Source of the DNA: Thermoanaerobaculia bacterium
Lineage (GTDB): Bacteria > Acidobacteriota > Thermoanaerobaculia > UBA5066 > Gp7-AA6
Direction: 5' to 3'
Length of the DNA stretch: 64,000 nucleotides
NCBI GenBank assembly: GCA_038239305.1
Contig: JBBSEW010000014.1
Span: 629 to 64,628 of the forward strand
Positions 18,766 to 28,173 of this stretch are shown one piece after another (the stretch's first letter is position 1; the number at the start of each line of letters is the position of its first letter). The notes under the pieces are model-generated. The model ran no database searches. It was given only the letters and a program-made list of their open reading frames with translations, and had not been told where the DNA came from. The position numbers and the translations under genes are program-made.

Positions 18766-19175
18766 CGTCCCTCCTTCTTCGGCTTCGAAGCGTCGTGGCC
18801 GAGGCGCTTCCACGCCGCGGAGAGCTCGTCGGCCGCTTCCCCGGGCGTCGCCTGGACGGAAGCCGCCAGCGCGGCGTAGCGATTCGCGCCGTCCTTGAGG
18901 AGACGGTTCTTTTCCGCGCGCGGCATCGCCGGCGGATCGTCGGCGACGAAGGTTCCCTCGCCGCGTCGAACCGCCAGGATGCCGGCGTCCGCGAGGCGCT
19001 GGTACGCCTTGGCGACTGTCGCGGGGTTGATCTTCAGGTCGCGCGCGAGCTCGCGGACCGAGGCAACCGCGCCGCCGGGAGGCAGCGACCCGGACGACAC
19101 CAGGAAGCGAATGCCCTCCTCGAGCTGGCTCCAGATCGGTGTGGCGGAAGCGAAGTCGATGTGAAGAGCTCGCAT
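18762..19175 (-). CDS. GntR family regulator, YtrA subfamily
   Basis: PIWSQL...SVRELARDLKINPATVAKAYQRL...RRGEGTFV; short C-domain; upstream of ABC genes. Confidence 0.92.
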   Translation of the reverse strand: MRALHIDFASATPIWSQLEEGIRFLVSSGSLPPGGAVASVRELARDLKINPATVAKAYQRLADAGILAVRRGEGTFVADDPPAMPRAEKNRLLKDGANRYAALAASVQATPGEAADELSAAWKRLGHDASKPKKEGR

Positions 19176-19177
19176 GT

Positions 19178-19216
19178 GTGTACCACAGTAATAATACACC
19201 GGCACTCCACTGTCAA
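19178..19216 (-). promoter_or_regulatory. YtrA-type operator overlapping the promoter of the gntR-ABC operon
   Basis: GTGTATTATTACTGTGGTACAC inverted repeat (19178-19199) just before the ATG; perfect TTGACA at 19216-19211. Confidence 0.75.
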
Positions 19217-19220
19217 GAGC

Positions 19221-20567
19221 CTACGGGGCGGGTTCGACCGCCTCCTCGCCTGCCGGATGGCTGCGAAAATCGTAAGCGCGCAGGACGGGAGCCGCTGCGG
19301 CGACGCCGGCAGCGACGATCAGCGTCGCGATCCCTCCCGACACGACCGCCACGGTGACGCCGAGAGCCGCGGTCGCGAAGAGCGAGGCGACGACACCCGC
19401 TTCGAGCTCACCGAGCTGGGGGCCTCCCATGAAGAAGATCATGTTGACGGAGGTCATCCGGCCGCGGAGAACGTCCGGCGTGACGAGCTGCCGGAGCGTC
19501 TGCCGGATGACGGTCGAGATGGCATCCGCGGCGCCCGTCGCGGCGAGCGCCAGCACGGTCAGCGGGAAGCTCCGGGAGAATCCGAAGACGACCGTCGCGG
19601 CGCCGTACGCGGCGATCGCCCACAGGAGGATCCGTCCGTGGCGATTCGGCAGCGGCCGGACCGAGAGATACAGCGAGCCGGCGAGCGAGCCGACCGCGGG
19701 GGCGGATACGAGCAACCCGTAGCCGGTCGCGCCGACCTTCAGAACCTGGTCCGCGAAGATCGGAAGGAGGGACATCGAGCCGGCGAAGAACGTCGCGAGG
19801 AAATCGACGGCCATCGTCCACACGATGAGAGGGGTCTTGAAGACGAACCGGACTCCCTCGCGGAGATCCGCCAGCGGCCGCGGCGTCACGCCCGCTCGCA
19901 CCGCCGGCTTTCCCGACGCGCGCATCGTCGTGAGCGCCCAGATCACGGCGAGAAAGGACACCCCGTTGACGAGGTAGATCCACGCGAGCCCCTCGGTCGT
20001 GGCCGTCGCATGGCCGGTCGCCGTGAGCGTGTGCGAGCCGGGCGTGATCGCGTGCCCGGCGATGATCCAGCCGGCGAGCGCCGGCCCGGCGATCATTCCT
20101 GCCTGGAAGACGGAGAAGTTGATCGACAGCGCGCCCGGCAGATCCCGGTCCGGCACGAGCCGTGGGATGAGCGCCTGGCGCGCGGGCGCGTCGAAAGCCC
20201 CGGCCCCGGCGGAACATGCGGTGAGGGCGTAGAGAAGCCAGAGCGCGTCGCGCCCGGAGAACGTCGCGAAGGCGAGAAGCGCGGCGATCAGGGCCATGCA
20301 CGACTGCGTTACCACCATCAGCTTGCGCCGGTCGAGCCGGTCCGCGAGGACGCCGCCCCACAGGGAGAAGACGACGATCGGCACGACCCGCGTCAGCCCG
20401 ACGAGCCCGAGGGCGAGCGGCGAATGCGTCAGGAGATAGACGTGCCAGTTGATCGCGACCGACTGCATCTGCGAGCCGATCCCGGACACGAGATACGCGG
20501 ACGCCAGCCGGCGGAAATCGCGGTGCTGGAGAGCGAGGAAGGGGAGGCGGCGTTCCGTGGAGCTCAA
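19221..20567 (-). CDS. MFS transporter (DHA3/EntS-like)
   Basis: ALQHRDFR, GGVLADRLDRRKL, PARQALIP, LRGRMTS; about 12 TM segments. Confidence 0.9.
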   Translation of the reverse strand: MSSTERRLPFLALQHRDFRRLASAYLVSGIGSQMQSVAINWHVYLLTHSPLALGLVGLTRVVPIVVFSLWGGVLADRLDRRKLMVVTQSCMALIAALLAFATFSGRDALWLLYALTACSAGAGAFDAPARQALIPRLVPDRDLPGALSINFSVFQAGMIAGPALAGWIIAGHAITPGSHTLTATGHATATTEGLAWIYLVNGVSFLAVIWALTTMRASGKPAVRAGVTPRPLADLREGVRFVFKTPLIVWTMAVDFLATFFAGSMSLLPIFADQVLKVGATGYGLLVSAPAVGSLAGSLYLSVRPLPNRHGRILLWAIAAYGAATVVFGFSRSFPLTVLALAATGAADAISTVIRQTLRQLVTPDVLRGRMTSVNMIFFMGGPQLGELEAGVVASLFATAALGVTVAVVSGGIATLIVAAGVAAAAPVLRAYDFRSHPAGEEAVEPAP

Positions 20568-20689
20568 GACCGGCGGATATTACGGGATCATGGGTCGGGT
20601 CGGAGCCATGCGACGAATGGCGGCAGGCGGTCTCGTAAGTCATTGATGGTGCTGGTCCGGTAACGCCGCCCGCACCCGATTTCTCACCG

Positions 20690-20715
20690 TATGATATTGA
20701 AACTGACCGGTCAGT
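20690..20715 (+). promoter_or_regulatory. TetR operator palindrome next to a -10 element
   Basis: Perfect palindrome ACTGACCGGTCAGT (20702-20715) 6 bp before the tetR ATG; TATGAT at 20690. Confidence 0.75.
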
Positions 20716-20721
20716 ACCGAA

Positions 20722-21297
20722 ATGGCGCGAGTCAAAACCGAATCGAAGCGCAACGAGATCCTCGAGGCCGCGACACGCGTGTTCTCGACCGGCGAGTTCC
20801 ACGATGTTCTGATCGACGACGTGGCCTCGTCCGCCCGCGTCGGGAAAGGAACGATCTACCGGTATTTCGAAACCAAGGAAGATCTCTACTTCGGCACGAT
20901 CCTCTACAGCTTCGACGCCCTCTACTCCACGCTCGTCGAGTCGCTCTCCCGCGAGACTTCCCCGGCGAGCCGTCTCGATCGCATCGCGCGCGACGTCCTG
21001 GGCTTTCTCTGGACGCGCGGGTTCCTCACGCTGCTTCTCCAGAAAGACGAGCGGCATTTCGAGAAGCGCGACGGAGAGCTCCAGAAGCGGCGCGACCTGT
21101 TGAACCGGCTGGTGCAGGAGTGTCTCCTGGATGGAATCGACCGACGGGAATTTCGGGGGATCGACGTCCGGATCGGGGCCGAGCTTTTTCGGGGCATGAT
21201 CCGCGCGGCGGCGGCCGCCCGCGGGCCCGAGGACACGGTCGATGATCTGGCCGCGGCGATCCTCGAAATTTTCACCCGCGGCGTTCGGAAGGAATGA
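20722..21297 (+). CDS. TetR/AcrR family regulator
   Basis: ILEAATRVF...IDDVASSARVGKGTIYRYFETKEDL. Confidence 0.93.
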   Translation: MARVKTESKRNEILEAATRVFSTGEFHDVLIDDVASSARVGKGTIYRYFETKEDLYFGTILYSFDALYSTLVESLSRETSPASRLDRIARDVLGFLWTRGFLTLLLQKDERHFEKRDGELQKRRDLLNRLVQECLLDGIDRREFRGIDVRIGAELFRGMIRAAAAARGPEDTVDDLAAAILEIFTRGVRKE

Positions 21298-21307
21298 CGT
21301 GACAGCA

Positions 21308-22507
21308 ATGGAAATCGACGGCATCCGGTCGACCCGCCGAAACCTTCCCATGCGGCCGCGGATCCGCAGCGCGGGTGCGGCGGTACTTTTGCTGCTTCCC
21401 ATCCTCTCGTGCGCGAAGAAGACGCCGCCGCCTCCTCCACCCCCTGCGGTCGAGGTCGCCCCGGTCACGCAGCGCGACGTGACGCTCACGACGGAGTGGG
21501 TCGGCTCTCTCGATGGCTACGTGAACGCCGAGATCCGCCCGCAGGTCGAGGGCTACGTGCTGCGACAGGCCTACAAGGAAGGTTCGTTCGTCCACCGCGG
21601 CGACATCCTCTTCGAGATCGATCCGCGGCAGATCCAGGCTTCGCTCGAATCGGCGAAGGCGGAGCTCGCCCGCACGGAAGCCGCCGCGGAGCGCGCCAGA
21701 CTCGACGTCTCGCGGTTCACGCCCCTCGTGGCCCAAAAGGCGATCAGCCAGCAGGAGCTCGACAACGCGCTTTCCGGCGCGCGGCAGGCGCAGGCGAACG
21801 TCGATGCCGCGCGGGCGGCCGTCGATCGCGCGAAGCTGAACTCCGCGTGGACGAAGGTGACGTCCCCGATCGACGGTGTCGCGGGAATCGCGAAGGCGCA
21901 GGTGGGCAACCTCGTCAATGGCCAGACGGTCATGACGACCGTCTCGCAGGTCGATCCGATCAAGGCGTATTTCAGCCCGAGCGAGCAGGAGTTCATGGCG
22001 TGGTCGCAGGCGGGGCAGGGCGGTCTCTTCGGCCCCACCAGCAAGGGGTCGCTCGAGCTCGTTTTCTCGGACGGCACGGTCTATCCGCTCAAAGGCGATC
22101 CGCTGCTCCAGGATCGGAGCGTGGATCCGAGGACCGGGACGATCACCGTTGCGGGCGTGTTCCCCAACCCGGACCGGCGGCTGCGCCCCGGGCAGTTCGC
22201 CAAGGTCCGCGCGGCCACGAAGACGCTCCGAGGCGCGATCCTCGTGCCGCAGCGCGCGGTCTCGGAGCTGCAAGGCAACTACCAGGTCGCCGTCGTCGGC
22301 GCGGACAACAAAATCGACATGCGGACGCTTCAGCTCGGCGACCGGCTCGGAAGCCTGTGGCTCGTGACATCGGGACTGAAGTCCGGCGAGCGGATCGTCG
22401 TCGAGGGCGTGCAGAAGGTGAAGGCGGGAGTGGTCATCGACCCGAAGCCGGTCGAGGCCACGCCGGCGCCCGCGTCGACCCCCGGCACCGCCAGGGCAGG
22501 AAGCTAA
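21308..22507 (+). CDS. RND efflux periplasmic adaptor (AcrA-like lipoprotein); start uncertain (21308 or 21350)
   Basis: Lipobox ILSC; AEIRPQVEG, SPIDG, VDPRTGT, LRPGQF. Confidence 0.9.
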   Translation: MEIDGIRSTRRNLPMRPRIRSAGAAVLLLLPILSCAKKTPPPPPPPAVEVAPVTQRDVTLTTEWVGSLDGYVNAEIRPQVEGYVLRQAYKEGSFVHRGDILFEIDPRQIQASLESAKAELARTEAAAERARLDVSRFTPLVAQKAISQQELDNALSGARQAQANVDAARAAVDRAKLNSAWTKVTSPIDGVAGIAKAQVGNLVNGQTVMTTVSQVDPIKAYFSPSEQEFMAWSQAGQGGLFGPTSKGSLELVFSDGTVYPLKGDPLLQDRSVDPRTGTITVAGVFPNPDRRLRPGQFAKVRAATKTLRGAILVPQRAVSELQGNYQVAVVGADNKIDMRTLQLGDRLGSLWLVTSGLKSGERIVVEGVQKVKAGVVIDPKPVEATPAPASTPGTARAGS

Positions 22508-22510
22508 GCC

Positions 22511-25500
22511 TTGGCCCGCTTCTTCGTCGATCGCCCGATCGTGGCGATGGTCATCTCCATCCTCACGATCATCGGAGGGCTCGTGTCGATGCGCGGGCTG
22601 CCTGTTGCGCAGTTTCCGCAGATCATCCCGCCGCAGATGATCGTCTCGACGACCTACACGGGCGCCGACGCGGTCACGATCGAGCAGGCGGTCGCCGCGC
22701 CGCTCGAGCAGCAGATGAACGGCGTGGACAACATGATTTACATGCAGTCCACGAACGCGAACGACGGCACGATGCAGCTGACGGTCACGTTCGACGTCGA
22801 GACCGACCCAAACATCGACCAGGTCAACACGCAGAACCGCGTCGCGCAGGCCCAGCCGTTCCTGCCGGTGGACGTCAGCCAGTTCGGCCTGAACATCCGC
22901 AAGTCGACCGGCCTCCCGCTCCTCCTGATCGCGCTCTACTCGCCGAAGGGCACGTACGATTCGCTCTTTCTCTCGAACTACGCAAACATCAACGTCAACG
23001 ACACGCTCTACCGCGTTCCGGGCGTCGGGCAGGTGCTGGTCTTCGGAGCGGGCGATTACGCGATGCGGATCTGGGTGAAGCCGGACCTCCTCGCGAAGCT
23101 CGGGCTCACCGTGCCGGACATCAATCGTGCCGTGCAGCAGCAGAGCGCCGTGAACCCGGCCGGCCAGGTGGGCGCGGAGCCGGCGCCCGCCGGCCAGGAA
23201 ATGACGTACACGGTCCGATCGCAGGGACGCCTGGCGACGGCCGAGGAGTTCGGCCAGATCGTCGTGCGCTCGAACCCGGACGGATCGGTCGTGCGGCTGA
23301 AGGACGTGGCGCGCATCGAGCTCGGCGCCCTCTCCTACAAACAGATCGCGCGGATGAACGGCCAGGCTTCCTGCATCATCGCGCTCTTCCAGGCGCCGGG
23401 CTCGAACGCGCTCGCCGTGGCGGACGGCGTGAAGAAAACCATGGCGGAGATGAAGGCGCGGTTTCCGGCGGACCTCGACTACGCGTTTTCCCTCGACACC
23501 ACGCTGCCCGTCACGGAAGGCATCCACGAGATCACGACGACACTGATCGAGGCGATGATCCTGGTCATCCTCGTCGTCTATCTCTTTCTCCAGAACTGGC
23601 GCGCGACGCTGATCCCGATGATCGCTGTGCCCGTGTCTCTCATCGGAACGTTCGCGTTCTTTCCCCTGCTCGGGTTTTCGATCAACTCGCTCTCGCTCTT
23701 CGGCCTCATCCTCGCGATCGGGCTCGTCGTGGACGACGCCATCGTCGTCGTCGAGGCAGTCGAGCATCACATCGAGGAGGGAATGAGCCCGCGCGACGCG
23801 ACCCTCCAGGCAATGAAGGAAGTGTCGGGCCCCGTGATCGGGATCGCGCTCATCCTGACGTCGGTGTTCGTGCCGGTCGCCTTCATGAGCGGCATCCAGG
23901 GCCGGTTGAACAAGCAATTCGCCGTCACGATCGCGATCTCCGTGCTCATCTCCGCCTTCAATGCCCTGTCGCTGTCGCCCGCGCTTTCCGCGCTCATCCT
24001 GCGCCCGAGAAAGGAAGGCCGCGGCCCGCTCGCCCGCTTCTTCGCGGCGTTCAACCGCTGGTTCGAGCGCGTGACGCACGGCTACGTCAACCTCTCGCAT
24101 TCCTTGATTCGAAAGACACTCATCGCGGCGGCGATCCTGGGCGCCTTTCTCCTCATCGACGCCGTGATGGGCAAGAAGCTGCCGACCAGCTTTCTGCCGG
24201 AGGAGGATCAGGGGTACTTCCTCGTGAATATCCAGCTTCCGCCGGCGGCGTCGCTGCAGCGCACGAACGAGGTGTGCCGGAAGGTCGAGAAGATTCTCGC
24301 GGAAACGCCGGGCATCCGGTACGGAACGAGCATCATCGGCTTCTCGCTCTTGACGCGCGTGTCCGCAACCTACAACGGGTTTTTCTTCGTCAGCCTCAAG
24401 CCGTGGCGCGAGCGCGAGGGGAAAGATCTCGTGGCGAGCGCGATTCTCCAGAAGCTGAACGGCCGGTTGTCGAAGGAGGTGCCCGAGGCGAATGCCTTCG
24501 GCTTCTCCCCGCCGGCGATTCCCGGGCTCGGCAGCGCGGGCGGCTTCTCCTTCTGGCTCCAGGACCGCAGCGGTGGAGACGTGGATTTCCTGGGGCGCAA
24601 CCTCCAGTCATTCCTCGAGGCGTGCCGCAAGCGCAAGGAGCTCGCGAACGTCAATTCGCCGTTCTCCGCTGCCGTTCCTCAGATCTACGCGGACGTCGAT
24701 CGGGACAAGACGCTCAAGCTGGGCGTCGCGGTCGGTGATGTCTATCAGACGCTACAGGCCTATCTCGGCAGCCTCTATCTCAACCAGTTCACGCGCTTCG
24801 GGCGGCAGTGGCGCGTCTTTCTCCAGGCGGAAGGAGCCGACCGGTTGAATGCGACGGACATCGCCCGCTACGCCGTGCGCAACTCCCAGGGAAACATGGT
24901 GCCGTTGTCGGCGCTCGTGAGCACGCGGCGGGTTTCGGGGCCGGAGTACACGAATCGTTTCAACCTGTTCCGGGCGGCGCAGATCATCGGTTCGGCCGCT
25001 CCCGGGTACAGCTCGGGGCAGGCGCTCGCCGCGCTCGAAGACGTCGCCCGGCAGACGCTTCCGCGCGAGATGAGCTACGACTTCTCCGACCTCTCGTACC
25101 AGGAGCGGAAGGCGACGGGCGCCGCGGGCGCGGTCTTCGCTCTCTCCCTCGTGTTCGTGTTCCTGATCCTCGCGGCCCTGTACGAGAGCTGGTCGCTGCC
25201 GTTATCGGTTCTGCTCTCCGTCCCCGTCGCCGTGTTCGGAGCGTTTCTCGGCCTCGAGCTGCGCCACTACGACCTTGGCGTGTACGCGCAGATCGGTCTC
25301 ATCATGCTGATCGGTCTCTCCGCGAAGAACGCGATCCTGATCGTCGAGTTCGCCAAGCTCGAGCATGAGAAGGGGAAGGGTCTCGTCGAGGCCGCTCTCG
25401 AGGGCGCGCGGCTGCGTTTGCGCCCGATCCTGATGACGTCCTTCGCTTTCATCCTGGGGTGCGTTCCGCTCTGGATCGCCACGGGGGCGGGCGCAGCGGC

Positions 25501-25642
25501 GCGGCGCATCCTCGGGACGGTCGTCATCGTCGGCATGCTCGCGGCCACGGGCATCGCCATATTCCTGATCCCGGTTCTCTTCGTGGTGGTCGAACGTTTC
25601 TCAACGCGTGGACGGAAGAACACGTCGCCTGCGCCGCGGTGA
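22511..25642 (+). CDS. RND efflux permease (HAE1/AcrB family)
   Basis: [40 protein letters not shown]. Confidence 0.95.
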   Translation: MARFFVDRPIVAMVISILTIIGGLVSMRGLPVAQFPQIIPPQMIVSTTYTGADAVTIEQAVAAPLEQQMNGVDNMIYMQSTNANDGTMQLTVTFDVETDPNIDQVNTQNRVAQAQPFLPVDVSQFGLNIRKSTGLPLLLIALYSPKGTYDSLFLSNYANINVNDTLYRVPGVGQVLVFGAGDYAMRIWVKPDLLAKLGLTVPDINRAVQQQSAVNPAGQVGAEPAPAGQEMTYTVRSQGRLATAEEFGQIVVRSNPDGSVVRLKDVARIELGALSYKQIARMNGQASCIIALFQAPGSNALAVADGVKKTMAEMKARFPADLDYAFSLDTTLPVTEGIHEITTTLIEAMILVILVVYLFLQNWRATLIPMIAVPVSLIGTFAFFPLLGFSINSLSLFGLILAIGLVVDDAIVVVEAVEHHIEEGMSPRDATLQAMKEVSGPVIGIALILTSVFVPVAFMSGIQGRLNKQFAVTIAISVLISAFNALSLSPALSALILRPRKEGRGPLARFFAAFNRWFERVTHGYVNLSHSLIRKTLIAAAILGAFLLIDAVMGKKLPTSFLPEEDQGYFLVNIQLPPAASLQRTNEVCRKVEKILAETPGIRYGTSIIGFSLLTRVSATYNGFFFVSLKPWREREGKDLVASAILQKLNGRLSKEVPEANAFGFSPPAIPGLGSAGGFSFWLQDRSGGDVDFLGRNLQSFLEACRKRKELANVNSPFSAAVPQIYADVDRDKTLKLGVAVGDVYQTLQAYLGSLYLNQFTRFGRQWRVFLQAEGADRLNATDIARYAVRNSQGNMVPLSALVSTRRVSGPEYTNRFNLFRAAQIIGSAAPGYSSGQALAALEDVARQTLPREMSYDFSDLSYQERKATGAAGAVFALSLVFVFLILAALYESWSLPLSVLLSVPVAVFGAFLGLELRHYDLGVYAQIGLIMLIGLSAKNAILIVEFAKLEHEKGKGLVEAALEGARLRLRPILMTSFAFILGCVPLWIATGAGAAARRILGTVVIVGMLAATGIAIFLIPVLFVVVERFSTRGRKNTSPAPR

Positions 25643-25669
25643 TTCTCGCGGCTAACGGTCATTTGCGGA

Positions 25670-25809
25670 GCGCGGAGGTCTGTTCGTGGCTGGGCGCTGC
25701 TCGGCTCGGCCGCATGCGGCCTCGACCGAGCCCATTGTGGCTGGCTCCGGCGACCGCAACGGGAGGCTCCTCCTTCCCGCTGGTCAGGAGACTCCTCCCG
25801 TTGCGGGCG
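25670..25809. repeat. Structured dispersed repeat, copy 1
   Basis: Matches 37156-37295; double hairpin GCTCGG...CCGAGC and CGCAACGGGAGG...CCTCCCGTTGCG. Confidence 0.85.
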
Positions 25810-25882
25810 ACGGAACCTTTTTGGCTGAGCGTGAGCGATGGCATCGGAACGGGATAGGGCTCGGGTGAGGCGTTTCCGTTCC

Positions 25883-25980
25883 CCGATTTTCCGATTTTCC
25901 GATAGTTCGATAGTTCGATCGATCGCGAGATTCAAACTCCACCGGGCGATATCCGCCTTCCGCCTTCCGCCTTCCGCGTT
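25883..25980. repeat. Octamer (CCGATTTT / TCGATAGT) and heptamer (TCCGCCT) tandem repeats
   Basis: Directly visible; includes the GATCGCGAGAT motif shared with other intergenic regions. Confidence 0.75.
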
Positions 25981-26000
25981 CAGCACGAAGCGCGCAACTC

Positions 26001-28118
26001 TTAGGAGTGCACTCCGAGTGTCTTAAACAGGAACGCATAATCAAACGCCGTCTCCCGTATCCGGTCGTAACGTCCCGACGAGCCGCCGTGCCCTCCCGCC
26101 ATGTTGATCTTGAAGAGCAGCGGGTTCTTGTCGGTCTTGATGGCTCTCAGGCGCGCGACGTACTTGGCGGGCTCCCAGTACATGACCTGGCTGTCGTCGA
26201 ACGACGTCTTGATCAGCATCGCCGGATAATTTTTGGCGGCGAGGTTGTCGTACGGGCTGTACGACTTCATGTACTCGTACTGCTCCTGAATCTTCGGATT
26301 TCCCCACTCTTCGAACTCGCCGACCGTCAGCGGAAGCGATTCGTCGAGCATCGTATTGATCACGTCGACGAACGGCACGTGCGCAATCACCGCCCGGAAG
26401 AGATCCGGACGCATGTTCACGACCGCGCCCATCAGGAGCCCGCCGGCGCTTCCGCCTTCGATCGCGAGGTGCTCCTTCGTCGTGTATTTCTGCGCGATCA
26501 GGGTCTCCGCACACGCGATGAAGTCGGTGAACGTGTTCTTCTTCGACATCATCTTTCCCTGGTCATGCCACTTTTTTCCCATCTCGCCGCCGCCGCGGAT
26601 GTGCGCGATCGCGAAAACAAACCCACGGTCGAGAAGAGAAACCCGCGGTGCGCTGAACGTCGGAAAGCTCGCGGAACCGTAGGAGCCGTACCCGGTCAGG
26701 AGCGTGGGGTTCTTCCCGTCCTTGATCAACCCCTTGCGGTAGACGAGCGACATGGGGACCTTCACGCCGTCGGGCGCCGTCGCGTAGATGCGCTCCGTCT
26801 TGTATCGCGAGGCGTTGTAGTCGCCGAGAACCTCCGTGCGCTTGAGGAGGAGCCGCTCCCGGGTCGCCATGTCGTACTCGTAGACCGTGGGCGGGGTCGT
26901 CAGAGACTGGTAGTTGAAGCGGAACTTCGTGGTCTCGAACTCAGCGTTCGTCTCGAAGGAGAGCGCATAGGCCGACTCCGGAAACTCGATGCGGTGCGAG
27001 GCTTTCGTGGCGAGGTCCGTGACGCGCACGCGCGGAACTCCGTCTTCGCGCTCGAGGAAAACGGCATGCCCGGAAAAGACCTCCATGCGCGACACCATCA
27101 CGTCTTCCCGGCAGGGAAGAACTTCTTTCCAGTGGGCCTTGTCGGGGGTCGCGATCGGCGTCGTCAGGACGCGGAAGTTCCGGCAGCCCTGGTTGGAGCG
27201 GATGAAGAAGAGATCACCGTGGTGCTCGACGTCGTACTGGTGCTCCTTCTCGCGCGGCGCGACCAACTGGAACGTGCCGGTCGGGTCGGAGGCCTTGAGG
27301 AACCGGGACTCGCTCGACGTATGGGAGCTCGAATCGAGGAAGAGATAGGCGTCGCTCCGCGAGCGGGAGATGGTCAGCGTGAACATCTCGTCCTTTTCCT
27401 CGTAGACGACGGCGTCGGACGAGACGGGAGCGCCGAGCTTGTGGCGATAGAGGCGGTAGGGCCGTTTTGCGTCGTCGTCGACGACGTAGAAGATCGTGCG
27501 GTTGTCCGCGGCCCACGCGACGGACGAGACGCGCGGAATGTTTTCGGTGGAGACTTGTCCGTTCGAGAGATTTTTCACGTGCAGCGTGTACTCGCGAAAA
27601 CCCACGTTGTCGAGCGTGTACGCGAGGAGGTTGCCGTTGTCCGAAACCTCCCAGTCTCCCCGCGCCATGAAGCGTTCGCCCCTGGCGAGCTCGTTCAGGT
27701 CGAGAATGACGTCCTCGGGAGCGTCGAGGCTCTCATGCTTGCGACAATAAATCGCGTACTGTTTGCCCTCTTCCGTCCGCTGGTAATAGAAGTAGTGGCC
27801 CCGGCGAAATGGAACCGAAAGGTCGGTCTCCTGGATGCGTCCGAGGATCTCGTCGTAGAGCTTCTTCTGAACGGACGCCGTGTCTTTCATCGACGCGTCC
27901 GTGAACGTGTTCTCGGCGTCGAGGTACTGCCGAACCTCGGGGCTCTTCTTTTCGCGCAGCCAGTAGTACTCGTCCTGGCGCGCGTCTCCGTGCAGCTCCG
28001 ATTTCTTCTCGATCTTCTTGGCCATGGGGGGCTTGGGAACCTCCGCGACGTCGTCGGCCCGCAGTATGGGAGCGAGCATGACCCCGGCAAACAGAGCGAT
28101 GGCGATCCGGCGTGTCAT
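26001..28118 (-). CDS. ptrB: Oligopeptidase B (peptidase S9A), with signal peptide
   Basis: DEYYWLR, HIRGGGEMG, GGSAGGLL (catalytic Ser), DSQV, GHGG. Confidence 0.93.
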   Translation of the reverse strand: MTRRIAIALFAGVMLAPILRADDVAEVPKPPMAKKIEKKSELHGDARQDEYYWLREKKSPEVRQYLDAENTFTDASMKDTASVQKKLYDEILGRIQETDLSVPFRRGHYFYYQRTEEGKQYAIYCRKHESLDAPEDVILDLNELARGERFMARGDWEVSDNGNLLAYTLDNVGFREYTLHVKNLSNGQVSTENIPRVSSVAWAADNRTIFYVVDDDAKRPYRLYRHKLGAPVSSDAVVYEEKDEMFTLTISRSRSDAYLFLDSSSHTSSESRFLKASDPTGTFQLVAPREKEHQYDVEHHGDLFFIRSNQGCRNFRVLTTPIATPDKAHWKEVLPCREDVMVSRMEVFSGHAVFLEREDGVPRVRVTDLATKASHRIEFPESAYALSFETNAEFETTKFRFNYQSLTTPPTVYEYDMATRERLLLKRTEVLGDYNASRYKTERIYATAPDGVKVPMSLVYRKGLIKDGKNPTLLTGYGSYGSASFPTFSAPRVSLLDRGFVFAIAHIRGGGEMGKKWHDQGKMMSKKNTFTDFIACAETLIAQKYTTKEHLAIEGGSAGGLLMGAVVNMRPDLFRAVIAHVPFVDVINTMLDESLPLTVGEFEEWGNPKIQEQYEYMKSYSPYDNLAAKNYPAMLIKTSFDDSQVMYWEPAKYVARLRAIKTDKNPLLFKINMAGGHGGSSGRYDRIRETAFDYAFLFKTLGVHS

Positions 28119-28173
28119 GGGAGCTCCTGGTTACGGGGCGGGATCATAGCGAACCCGCCCCGCCCCGGATCGC

